From Planctomycetota bacterium (GTDB lineage Bacteria; Planctomycetota; Planctomycetia; JALXBF01), in the NCBI GenBank assembly GCA_026991575.1, contig JALXBF010000069.1, positions 1 to 64,000 on the forward strand: a DNA stretch of 64,000 bases, read 5' to 3'. Numbering within the stretch: the first letter of the stretch is position 1; the number at the start of each line of letters is the position of its first letter. Shown here piece after piece: positions 41,764-51,124 of this stretch. The notes below the pieces were generated by a model. It was given only the letters and a program-made list of their open reading frames with translations, was not told the DNA's origin and made no database searches. A program made the translations under genes and the position numbers.

Positions 41764-44478
41764 GTCATAGACGCGCGTGCTCTCTTCCTCCAGCACAGAC
41801 ACTCCGAACGGCCCTGACTCAACGCGCACACGCAGCCGCTTGTCGCCGGGTGTTACTCCGCGCATCCGGATGTAAAAGGCCGCGTTGGCCTTAGGAGCAA
41901 TAGCAGGCAGGGAGTCGAATATAATCTGCCCTTCGTCAATTCGGAACCCCGCCGGTGCCTCGGCGGCGACGAACTCCATTCCTTCAGGTACTTCAATCAC
42001 AAGCCTTACGCCTGCGATCGGTTTGGTTCCCTGATTCACTAGCCGCACCTCATAGGTGGTTTCCGCGCCGACCTCGACCGGGTCGTCCGTGTCGACCACC
42101 TCCAGCAACAGGGCCGGCACGGCGACGATCGTGACGCAGTGCTCGGCGGCGGCGTTCAGCCCCCCTGCGGCTGTAACCACGGCTCGATTGCAATGCTCCC
42201 CGGGCCGGACGGCGAGGCACGCGACGGTGACGGTACGGGCACCACCCGGTTCGATGACGCCGAGTTGCCAGGTCAGCGTGCGGGTGCTTGCATCCCAGCG
42301 CACCGTTTCTGGCGTTGCGGCCAAGCGAAGCCCTTCAGGCAGCGTGTCCCGCAGAACAACATTCCGCGCGGGTGCTGTGCCGGTGTTGCGGACGGTGATC
42401 CGGAACGCAACGCTGCTACCCAGGTACCGGCGATCCGGGCCGGTCTTCGTGATCGCAAGCGACGCTTGCGTGACCAGCACGGTTGCCTCGGCGCTTGCTT
42501 TCAGACCGCCGTCGGCGTGCGCGGTGACGCGATTCGTGAAGCGGCCCGCTCGTGTGGCAACGGCCTCCAGGGGGATGTCGCGTGTTTCGCCCGGTCCAAG
42601 ATCACCCACGTCATACTCAAGATCCGTTCCAGCCGGATGCTGTAGCGCTTCGGGCATGACGTCGCGAATGACAACGTTTCGCGCCGTCCCTGTGCCCGGA
42701 TTGGACACCGTGATCAAGAACCGGATCGTCTCGCCCACTTCCACCTGCTTCGGTGCGACCTTGACGATGGCAAGTTTCGGCTGAGTGACTCGCGTACGGC
42801 GGGCGACCTGGGCTGCGACCACGACGCGAGCCGCCACGCCGACGTCGCCTTCCTCAGCGGGCACAAACGTCACCTCCACCCGCCGGCTGGCGCCAGCCTC
42901 CAGCGTACCCACGTCCCAGACGAGTAGCTTGCCCTGCTGCCGTGCCTGAGGAGTTGCTTCGATTTGCCGGGCGTTTCCAAAGACGCGGGCAATGAGTTGG
43001 ATCCCCGACACGGTCGCGTCGCTCTGGTTTGTGACCGTCAGTGTGTACTTACATGGTTGGCCCAGGTAGAGCTCCTCGGGCCCGGCAATGTCGACGGTGA
43101 CAGCCGAGTCGATCCGCTGCGGCGCCTGACGAAGCACATCCGGTGCCAGGTCCGGCTCGGACCGATCCGGCAACGCGCCCCCGCCCGGCCGATCGGCACC
43201 GGTAGGCGGGCTGGCGTTCTGCGCGGTAATGCCTGCGGCAGCGGTGCCGCCCGTGGAAGGCTCTGCCCTGTGACCGATCTCTTGCGACCCAGGCTGAGGC
43301 GGCGTCTGTCCAGAACCAGCAGGCAGAGTGTCGGGACCTTCTGAAGCCGATGCCGCGGGTTCCGCATCATCTCTGTTGACGACGGATGGCAGCGCCTCCT
43401 CCGTGGGGGGCTGCGAAGGAGGACCTGGTGCCTGTTCCGGGGCCGGTGAGCCGGTCATATCTGGGGGCGACGGTTCACCGGGAGTGACCGGTCCAAATGG
43501 GTCAGTGCGGTCCAGTTCGGTTGGTGCTTCTGCCCCCGCAGGAACCACGCCACTGGCCGATTCGGAAGGCAGTCCGCTTTGTTGATCCTCACTTGGCGAC
43601 GCAACGGGGGCCTGGGGGGCAGGCACGTCGTCGGACGGGGGGAGCTCCTGTTGTGGTGCGGGCTGAGGCATAGCTGTGGACGGCTCTCCGCCAGGAAATC
43701 CGCCTTCCGGTTGTGGTTCGCCAGGTTCTGTCTCGAGCGGCATTTGCACGCCGTCGGACGGTTCACGGAGCGGCAGCTCCTGGTCCGCGGGGGCAGCGGA
43801 CGGTTCGACCATCGAACCAGGGGGGGCTTGCTGGAACGCTGCTCCAGCGGGCAGTTCTGGTGCTGGGTCTGCAGGTTCAGCGGCCGGGGTTGCCTGAGTG
43901 AACTCGGCCGGCTGCGCCGTGCCCGCAGGAAGCTCGGGCAACTGCGGCACCTGAGTTGAGCCGTTCGTGTCGGCCGGTTCCTGAGCAACCGGCGGAGTAG
44001 CGCTCGGATCGCTCGGCTCGAAGACGAACTGCTGGCCGGGTGGGGCCGTCGGCGTAGAGTCCGACTGCGGGGGTTCCACCGGAGCAGGCGACACGGACGG
44101 TGTCACAGCCTGGCCGGCCGGTTGCCCTGCCTGCGGAAGGTCGACGGGAGGTGCCTGCGGATCGGGCACCGTTGCGTTTTCCTGGGCAAATTCAACCGGT
44201 TGCTCTGGCTCTTGGGGGCTGACTGCCGGAGAGGAAGGCTCTGGTGCCTCTTCGACCACGGTTGGCGGCGCGACCTCGGCAAGTTCGGAGCTGATGGTAT
44301 CGTTGCGAAAAGCTAATGATAAGCCGATGCCGAGGCCGATACAGGCAAGCGAGGCTACGAGCGCAGCGCCGAGCCAGAAGCGGGGTCGCGTCCGGAAGGT
44401 CTCAGCCAGAGTCGTGAGCTTCGTGGTCAGCGGGTGCTCGCGAACGCTCGTGATCCACGACATCGGGTTCCATCCCAT
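41755..44478 (-). CDS. DUF11-repeat membrane-anchored protein (OmcB-like of the PVC superphylum) with a long Pro/Ala/Glu-rich stalk
   Basis: N-terminal TM, ~380-aa low-complexity linker, repeated 'ITVSNPGTGTARNVVIRD', 'ITVRNTGTAPARNVVLRD' and 'DTDDPVEVG..TYEVRLVNQG'. Confidence 0.85.
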   Translation of the reverse strand: MGWNPMSWITSVREHPLTTKLTTLAETFRTRPRFWLGAALVASLACIGLGIGLSLAFRNDTISSELAEVAPPTVVEEAPEPSSPAVSPQEPEQPVEFAQENATVPDPQAPPVDLPQAGQPAGQAVTPSVSPAPVEPPQSDSTPTAPPGQQFVFEPSDPSATPPVAQEPADTNGSTQVPQLPELPAGTAQPAEFTQATPAAEPADPAPELPAGAAFQQAPPGSMVEPSAAPADQELPLREPSDGVQMPLETEPGEPQPEGGFPGGEPSTAMPQPAPQQELPPSDDVPAPQAPVASPSEDQQSGLPSESASGVVPAGAEAPTELDRTDPFGPVTPGEPSPPDMTGSPAPEQAPGPPSQPPTEEALPSVVNRDDAEPAASASEGPDTLPAGSGQTPPQPGSQEIGHRAEPSTGGTAAAGITAQNASPPTGADRPGGGALPDRSEPDLAPDVLRQAPQRIDSAVTVDIAGPEELYLGQPCKYTLTVTNQSDATVSGIQLIARVFGNARQIEATPQARQQGKLLVWDVGTLEAGASRRVEVTFVPAEEGDVGVAARVVVAAQVARRTRVTQPKLAIVKVAPKQVEVGETIRFLITVSNPGTGTARNVVIRDVMPEALQHPAGTDLEYDVGDLGPGETRDIPLEAVATRAGRFTNRVTAHADGGLKASAEATVLVTQASLAITKTGPDRRYLGSSVAFRITVRNTGTAPARNVVLRDTLPEGLRLAATPETVRWDASTRTLTWQLGVIEPGGARTVTVACLAVRPGEHCNRAVVTAAGGLNAAAEHCVTIVAVPALLLEVVDTDDPVEVGAETTYEVRLVNQGTKPIAGVRLVIEVPEGMEFVAAEAPAGFRIDEGQIIFDSLPAIAPKANAAFYIRMRGVTPGDKRLRVRVESGPFGVSVLEEESTRVYDGG

Positions 44479-44627
44479 GGGCTGGTCTCCATCACGCGCA
44501 CGTCAACCCCTCCGCGTATGCTCTAGCAAAAGGCGGCCCGTACGAAAAGGGCAATTCCACCGTCTGGTCCGCCAAGCCCACGAACCGCCACTGTTCGCGG
44601 CGCCAGTCCCAGCCACCGGGCTGCGTG

Positions 44628-47135
44628 CTAGTGCTCGGGCCGGCGCCCTCCGTGCTTCCACGTCTCGACCTGGAGAGGCTGCCCCGGGATGATGCGCACG
44701 GTAACCGCGCCGTGCATGCCGGTGACATAGTGCCATGGCCCGAACCGACGGCGATCGATTGACCGCCCCAGCCCCCGGACTTCCCTGCTGACAATGACGA
44801 CTGCCGGATCGAGCTTCTCGAAGAGCTCGGGCGGGTTCGCGCGGCGACTGCCATGGTGTGGGCTGAGCAGTAGATCGACCCGTCCGACGTTGCGGGCGAG
44901 CAGGTCCGCCAGGCCCCACCTTTCGATATCGCCTGTCAGCAGCAGCCTGCGGCCCGCGTAGCCCACCTCTAGCACAAGGCTACTTTCGTTGTCGGTTGCA
45001 TAGTGCACCCCCCGGGGAGGGTGTAGCACGCGGAGCTGGACGCCGTCCACCCAGTGATACCGGTCGCCGGCCCCAACGGGGCGCAGCCGAGCCCCGGAAC
45101 GCTTCGCTGCCTGCAGGACTGCCGTGGCGACAGGCTGCGAGGATTCGGCGAATGCGGCTGTATGCCACAGCTCGGCGACCGGGACCGATTCGAGCAAGTC
45201 GGGAATGCCGTTCATGTGGTCGACATCTGCGTGGCTGACCACCAACAGGTCCAGCTGCTCGATCCCTTCCACCTGCAGCGCACGCCGCACGATCCAGGCG
45301 ACGCGTTCTCCGCCGTCCAGTGAGCCCGCGTCATACAGGAACGCCCGCCGGCCGTACCGCACCAGGACGGCCAGGCCATGGCGCACGTTGAGCACCGTCA
45401 CACGCAGCTCGCCCGCATCCAGCCGCCACGGACGAGCCAACCAGAGGGCGGCGACGACGAATCCCAGCAAGGCTGCCAGCATTGCGGCAACCGTGGCACG
45501 GATTGCAGCGCTCGTACATGGCAACGACCGCTCGGACGTGCTTTCCACGGCCCAGGCAGCCGCCGCGATCGCGGCCGTGATTGCCCAGGCTGTGATCGAG
45601 GCAAGCAGGGTTGGTGGCCGGGCGGGCAACACCGCGTCACAACGTTCCACGGCATCCAGGATGAGCGTTGCCAGGAGGTGCACAAAAGGCTCCAGGCAGG
45701 GCAGGGCAGCGACGGGCGCGACCGCATGGAGCAGTCCGGTTACGATCAACGCTGCGGCCGCCGGCAACAGCAAAGGCGTTAGCAAGATGCCAGCTACCGG
45801 TAGCGGATAGCCCCGCGCAGCAAGCACCGGCAGCGTAATGATGCCCACGGCGGCGGAGACAATCCAGCCACGGACCAGGCTGCGTACCAGCCCGCGCGCC
45901 GCGAGGAACAGCTGTGAACGGCCGAGTTCGGAGAGGGGGTTGTCGCTATGCCAAAGCGGGGCGGTCACGCGCAGCAGAGGCGGTGCCAGCCAGATAAGCG
46001 TCGCAACGGACGCGAAAGAAAGCACGAATCCCAGTGACCCGAGGTCGTCCGGGTAGACCAACAGTACCCCCAGTGCTGCCAGAGCGAGGGTGTTCAACCG
46101 ATCGGGTGGTCGCTGAGCCCAGAAACTGCCCAGATAGACAGCCAGCATAATCAGCGCGCGGACCGTGGCCGGTCGCGCTCCGGCCTGTAGCGTGAACAGC
46201 GCCGCCGCAACCAGAACCAGCAGCGATCCGGTCCGCGGCCCGATCCCTAGCAGCCTCAGCGGGAACCACGCAGCCGCAGCGACGATGCCCAGGTGCAAGC
46301 CGGAGACCGCCAGCAGATGGACGACGCCCGCTTCACGGAACGCACGCTGGGCTTCGGCCGGCAACTGAGCGGTTTCTCCTGTCACGAGCGCAGCGACCAG
46401 CGCAGCCGTACGCGGCGGCAGCCGGCGACGAAACCGCTCGGTGGCCCGAGCGGCGAACCGAGCGGGCAGGTACCACCACCATCGGCTGCTGCGACCGACC
46501 TTCCGGATGAGTTCCACGCTGGGGCACCAGACCGTGCCGATGGTACCACGCCGCAGTGCACGACATGCGGTGCAGGGTAGCCCTGGATTCCCCGCGTGGA
46601 CCGGCGCGGAGAGGCTCCCCTTCAAGTGCACGCGATCACCGGGAAGGATTGGCAAGCGGCCTGCTGGAACGTACAGCGTTACCGACCCGTCCAGCGACGC
46701 TTTGCCAACGTCAGACAGCAGCATCAGCTCCGTCAACGTCACCTGAGCCAGTTGGTCGGGGCCAGGGACAGTATGCCCATGCACGCGTCGCGGCCGGTAG
46801 ACCGGCCCGCGCGCGACGGTGGCGACCATTTCGACGAGAAGTTCTCCTGAGGGGGGATAAACCGGTGCAGTCTGGACCGTTGCCTCCACCGCACTCCGCC
46901 GGCAGATGCCGACGATCGCCCACGCTACGATGACGGCGACGGTTGACAGCCCGCGAGTGTAAGGCAGGGTGCAGGCGATGACCAGGCAGAGGCCAAGCGT
47001 TGACCAGGGGCGTAGCACACCGGCTGTTTCCGGCGGCAAATGATAGCCGACCACGTAGCCGATGACAGCCACCAGCCACGGCCAACGGCAATGGAGCCCG
47101 ACCGAATTGGTGCCGCTCCGGAGATGACCGTTCAC
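44628..47135 (-). CDS. comEC: ComEC/Rec2 DNA uptake competence protein
   Basis: 'GVVHLLAVSGLH', 'RALIM', 'GFVLSF' and a metallo-beta-lactamase domain with 'SHADVDHMNG', 'LLTGDIE', 'PHHGS'. Confidence 0.92.
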   Translation of the reverse strand: MNGHLRSGTNSVGLHCRWPWLVAVIGYVVGYHLPPETAGVLRPWSTLGLCLVIACTLPYTRGLSTVAVIVAWAIVGICRRSAVEATVQTAPVYPPSGELLVEMVATVARGPVYRPRRVHGHTVPGPDQLAQVTLTELMLLSDVGKASLDGSVTLYVPAGRLPILPGDRVHLKGSLSAPVHAGNPGLPCTACRALRRGTIGTVWCPSVELIRKVGRSSRWWWYLPARFAARATERFRRRLPPRTAALVAALVTGETAQLPAEAQRAFREAGVVHLLAVSGLHLGIVAAAAWFPLRLLGIGPRTGSLLVLVAAALFTLQAGARPATVRALIMLAVYLGSFWAQRPPDRLNTLALAALGVLLVYPDDLGSLGFVLSFASVATLIWLAPPLLRVTAPLWHSDNPLSELGRSQLFLAARGLVRSLVRGWIVSAAVGIITLPVLAARGYPLPVAGILLTPLLLPAAAALIVTGLLHAVAPVAALPCLEPFVHLLATLILDAVERCDAVLPARPPTLLASITAWAITAAIAAAAWAVESTSERSLPCTSAAIRATVAAMLAALLGFVVAALWLARPWRLDAGELRVTVLNVRHGLAVLVRYGRRAFLYDAGSLDGGERVAWIVRRALQVEGIEQLDLLVVSHADVDHMNGIPDLLESVPVAELWHTAAFAESSQPVATAVLQAAKRSGARLRPVGAGDRYHWVDGVQLRVLHPPRGVHYATDNESSLVLEVGYAGRRLLLTGDIERWGLADLLARNVGRVDLLLSPHHGSRRANPPELFEKLDPAVVIVSREVRGLGRSIDRRRFGPWHYVTGMHGAVTVRIIPGQPLQVETWKHGGRRPEH

Positions 47136-47590
47136 TGTTCCCGCCCAACTTTTCGCTTACGCCATTGGCATGCTAGCGCCCGCCGGCTCGGTCGGCAAGC
47201 GCCTGGCTTGCGGCACCAGCACCGCAGCTCCGCGCCGGCACTGCTTGAGCACCGCCGGCCACCGTTTCGCAGAAACCCGCTGTACAGGCCCATCTGCGGC
47301 GGCGGGGGGGAATCGCTTTGCTTGCAGGTGTAGCTCCATTGCCCGGGCCACGCATCCGGAGCGTCGCTAACCGGGCGCCAGCGAGCCCGCCAGACGAGCC
47401 TGATCGGAGGGGGTGGCGGTGGGTGGATCGTCTTCGGCGTGCGGTGACCTGTGTCCGGACGTGCCCGACCTGGGCGGCACGCGGGTTAGCGGACGGGCGG
47501 GGCAAGTGGGGTAGGTGGGGAGCGGCAGGACCTGGGCTCTAAGATTAACCGGCTCTGGTCGGTCGTGACCGTAGCAGCGAAGGCAGGGCG

Positions 47591-48619
47591 ATGACGGTTC
47601 AACCAGGCAAAGTACGCGTTGGCATACTGGGCGGTTCCGGCTACACGGGCCGGGAATTGTTGCGCTTGCTGGCGCGCCACCCACATGCAACGATCACCGT
47701 GGTCACGTCGCGGCAATACGTCGGCAAAGCGATCGCAGAGCTACATCCGTCGCTGAGGGGGCTGTACGACTTGTCCTTCCAGGCCAATGACGTCGCTGCG
47801 GTGGTGGACGGATGCGATCTGGTCTTCTCCGCACTTCCGCACTCGCAGAGCATGACCGTGGTGGGCAAGCTGCTGGACGCGGGCCTGCGGGTCATCGACC
47901 TGAGTGCGGACTACCGGTTGAAGGACCCGAATCTGTACGCGGAGTGGTACGCGCTGAGTCACCAGGATACCGGCCACCTGGAGGAGGCCGTCTACGGGTT
48001 GCCGGAGTTGTTTTCCGACGCGATATCGCGTGCCCGCCTGGTGGCTAATCCCGGCTGTTACGCCACGGCCGCCATCCTGGGCCTTGCTCCGCTGGTCTCG
48101 GGAAGGCTTATTGAACTGGATGACGTGGTCATCGATGCCAAGAGCGGCGTCAGTGGGGCCGGCCGTTCCCCCCGCCCTGCCTTCCACTTTCCCGACTGCG
48201 TCGAGAACATGTGGGCGTACCATCCCGGGACCCACCGGCACACGCCCGAGATCCAGGAGGTGCTTAGCTATGTTGCCGGTGAGCCGGTGCGGGTTTTCTT
48301 CACGCCCCACGTGGTTGCCATCGAACGGGGCATCCATGCGACGATCTACGCGCGGCTGCGGACCCACGAGTCGACCGACGATCTCTACGAGCTCTTCGCT
48401 ACCTTCTACGCTCAGGCGCCGTTCGTGCGGCTGACACGCGACCTGCCCCAGGTGAAGAGCACCACGGGCACGAACTTCTGTGACATCGGTATCCGCCGCG
48501 TGGGCGATCGCGTCGTGGTCTGCAGCGTGCTGGATAATCTATTGAAAGGAGCTTCCGGGACGGCCGTCCAGAACTTTAACCTCATGTTGGGTATCGATCA
48601 GACAACGGCCCTTTGGTAG
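47591..48619 (+). CDS. argC: N-acetyl-gamma-glutamyl-phosphate reductase
   Basis: 'GGSGYTGREL', 'DLSADYR', 'YGLPE', 'ANPGCYAT', 'SGVSGAGR', 'HRHTPEI' and 'DNLLKGASG'. Confidence 0.97.
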   Translation: MTVQPGKVRVGILGGSGYTGRELLRLLARHPHATITVVTSRQYVGKAIAELHPSLRGLYDLSFQANDVAAVVDGCDLVFSALPHSQSMTVVGKLLDAGLRVIDLSADYRLKDPNLYAEWYALSHQDTGHLEEAVYGLPELFSDAISRARLVANPGCYATAAILGLAPLVSGRLIELDDVVIDAKSGVSGAGRSPRPAFHFPDCVENMWAYHPGTHRHTPEIQEVLSYVAGEPVRVFFTPHVVAIERGIHATIYARLRTHESTDDLYELFATFYAQAPFVRLTRDLPQVKSTTGTNFCDIGIRRVGDRVVVCSVLDNLLKGASGTAVQNFNLMLGIDQTTALW

Positions 48620-48664
48620 CGGTCACCGCGCCTGCCCGGCGCGCCAAGCCGAGGCACGTTCTCC

Positions 48665-49555
48665 ATGAGAGGAAGCCTGCGCATCCTGGCACTGATTGCG
48701 ATCGGTGTGCTCCTGGTGACCGGTGTTCTCCTGATCGGCTACCTCGCGTGGCGTGCCCGCCACGAAGTGCCGATGCCACCGCCGGTCGCGGCCTTGGAGG
48801 GGCAGGAGCAACCGGACCCGTTCCCTGAGCTCCGCAACTGGCCACTCGAGCGGCTGAAGCCGATCCCCACCGAGATGGTGCTCGTGCCGGCCGGCCAGTT
48901 CCTGTTCGGGCCGAACAACGAACCGCGCACCCTGCCTGCGTTCTACATCGACAAGTACGAGCTAACCCAGTGGCAGTACGCCGTCTTCCTGGAGTACATC
49001 CGGCGCACGAACGACCACAGCAAGTGCCATCCAGACGAGCCCCCGGACAAGGACCACACCCCGCTCGGCTGGGGCCAGCCGTCGATCACCGACAAGCGGT
49101 TCCCGGTTGTCGGTCTCGATTACTGGGATGTGTACGCGTATGCGTCCTGGGCTGGCCGGAGGTTGCCCACCGAAGAGGAATGGGAAAAGGCCGCGCGTGG
49201 CACAGACGGCCGGCTCTACCCGTGGGGCAACGAATGGGACCCTTCACGGTGCAACTGGGGGCCAGGCCCCGGACTACCACGCACGCTCGTCCCGGTGGAT
49301 TCGATGCCTGAGGGGCAGAGTCCCTACGGCTGTTTCCACATGCTGGGCAACGCGGCGGAATGGACCGATACGGTTGCCGATCCGGTACGCGGCATCCGGG
49401 TAGGCAAAGGATACTGTTGGATGCTAGGCCACCTGAAGCCGTACGTGACCACCTACCGGATGCTCGGGGCTACCGAATTGCGTGACCTTGGCAGCGGCTT
49501 GCGCTGCGCGATGGACGCGACCGATGCTGAATCAGCCCGCGCGCCGAAGCGCTAA
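48665..49555 (+). CDS. FGE-sulfatase (SUMF1/EgtB/PvdO-family) domain protein, membrane-anchored
   Basis: N-terminal TM, 'FYIDKYELT', 'RLPTEEEWEKAARG', 'YPWGN' and 'SPYG...MLGNAAEW'. Confidence 0.9.
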   Translation: MRGSLRILALIAIGVLLVTGVLLIGYLAWRARHEVPMPPPVAALEGQEQPDPFPELRNWPLERLKPIPTEMVLVPAGQFLFGPNNEPRTLPAFYIDKYELTQWQYAVFLEYIRRTNDHSKCHPDEPPDKDHTPLGWGQPSITDKRFPVVGLDYWDVYAYASWAGRRLPTEEEWEKAARGTDGRLYPWGNEWDPSRCNWGPGPGLPRTLVPVDSMPEGQSPYGCFHMLGNAAEWTDTVADPVRGIRVGKGYCWMLGHLKPYVTTYRMLGATELRDLGSGLRCAMDATDAESARAPKR

Positions 49556-50799
49556 CGGATCGGCTCCCCCTGCAGCGTGTTACCCATCTGCACCGCTTCC
49601 TGCGGCCATTGCGGACTGACCATCGGCGCCGTCGGCCGGCTTGGCGGCCGCGTGAACCGCCCCAGCGACGCCTTCACGCCTTGCTTGATTCGCTGCCACA
49701 GCGACGGCCGGCGACCGCCGAGAGGAACGATCCGTGGGGTGGGGCGATGCACGTGACCGGGCGCGACCTGCGGCACACTGTAAGGACTCATCGGAACCGC
49801 GCCTGGCGCGGTCGGGGCAGCAGGCAGCGGCTGCACATGGCCGTGCTGATGCGAGTGGCGATGCGTCGTTGGCCCGGGAACGGGAGGCGGCGGCGGGGTA
49901 GCCAGTGACGGATACGGCTGTCGCTTGCGGCAAGTTTCACATTGGGCTTGTGGGTACTGCGGCAGGCCGCGTGGCCGCGGCTGCGGCTGGACGACACGTG
50001 GAGGCCAGGGCCTGGCAGCCGGCGGCTGTGGCCGGAACTGGTGGAAAAAGTGCTTGAAGCGGTGCCATAGGCTGACGCGGGGCCGCGGTGCCGGATACGC
50101 AGCCGACCACGAGCCGTTGTGCTGATGCGTATGCGGCACAACAGCGTTCGGCGCCGCAGGCGCCGGTACCGCCGCCGTCGTGTCCGTGACGACGGGCGCT
50201 TGAGACGGCTGCGGCCAAACCGTCCCGGGTACCGGCTGGTGCTGATGCCGGCGGCGGGGGCGCCCCAGGAACCTGTCGAACAGACCTACAGGCTGCACTG
50301 CCTGGACGGTGTGGTCGGACCTGCCTTCTGAGGCGGTTCTTGCTGCACCCGGCTCAGACGCTGCCGGCAGGCCGTTCCGAAAAGCAGCGTAGGCGGCGTC
50401 AAGCTCTTCGCGGATTGCCAGCGCCTGCTCATGCTGATTTGCCGCGATCGCATCCTGCAAGGCAACCGAGAGAGTACGAAGTGCGTGGTCGGAGAAGCCC
50501 AGCTCGATGAACGCTCGGGCCACCTCGCGGTGCAGCAGGAGTTGCTCCGGGGTCAGAGCGGGCGTTGCGTCGTCCAGCAGCTGATGCAGGGGCTTCAGCG
50601 CAGCCTCCCCCTGTCCCAACGCTAGCCCCTGACGCACCTGTTCCATGGCGCGCACGACGGCAGCCGAATAGGGCAGGGTGCGGAGCGTTTCCGGAACGCG
50701 GCTCTGTTGCGCGGGCGTGGCGACAGGCAGAGCGGACACGGCCCAACCGAAGGCCGTGCCGGTGGCGATGAGCTTCAGCATCCAACGGCGGTTCGTCAT
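49552..50799 (-). CDS. Hypothetical secreted protein with a helical N-domain and a Pro/His/Gln-rich tail
   Basis: GGAG upstream of ATG, 'RR' plus hydrophobic signal peptide, 415-aa ORF. Confidence 0.65.
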   Translation of the reverse strand: MTNRRWMLKLIATGTAFGWAVSALPVATPAQQSRVPETLRTLPYSAAVVRAMEQVRQGLALGQGEAALKPLHQLLDDATPALTPEQLLLHREVARAFIELGFSDHALRTLSVALQDAIAANQHEQALAIREELDAAYAAFRNGLPAASEPGAARTASEGRSDHTVQAVQPVGLFDRFLGRPRRRHQHQPVPGTVWPQPSQAPVVTDTTAAVPAPAAPNAVVPHTHQHNGSWSAAYPAPRPRVSLWHRFKHFFHQFRPQPPAARPWPPRVVQPQPRPRGLPQYPQAQCETCRKRQPYPSLATPPPPPVPGPTTHRHSHQHGHVQPLPAAPTAPGAVPMSPYSVPQVAPGHVHRPTPRIVPLGGRRPSLWQRIKQGVKASLGRFTRPPSRPTAPMVSPQWPQEAVQMGNTLQGEPIR

Positions 50800-50971
50800 G
50801 GAAGGAGAACTCCTGGCCTCAGTCCGGCAGCGCAGGGCGGTCGCGTCCTGCCGTTGTTATCGACCTGGCGGCCAGAAAAACTTCAGCCCGCCGATCTGCG
50901 GCCACAGGGCTCAGCGACATGACCGCGCAGCATTCCCTCTGCGGCCAGCACCTGGTTAGCAGAAAGGACGC

Positions 50972-51000
50972 TTGACGTCCAGGGCAGATGCTACTAAGCT
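50972..51000 (+). promoter_or_regulatory. Sigma-70-type promoter with no downstream + strand gene
   Basis: TTGACG - 17 nt - TAAGCT. Confidence 0.55.
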
Positions 51001-51054
51001 ATTAGTCGGGAGGGGCGAGTGCAGGCACAAGGGGTGGCGCGCGGTCCAGCGCCG

Positions 51055-51093
51055 GCCGCGGCCGGTGGCAACACTGGCCGCGGCTTGTTTTCT
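51055..51093 (+). terminator. Rho-independent terminator
   Basis: 13-bp stem GCCGCGGCCGGTG/CACTGGCCGCGGC (one G-U), GCAA loop, then TTGTTTTCT. Confidence 0.65.
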
Positions 51094-51124
51094 GCGCACG
51101 ATTGCCCCAGCCTTCCGCGTGCTC

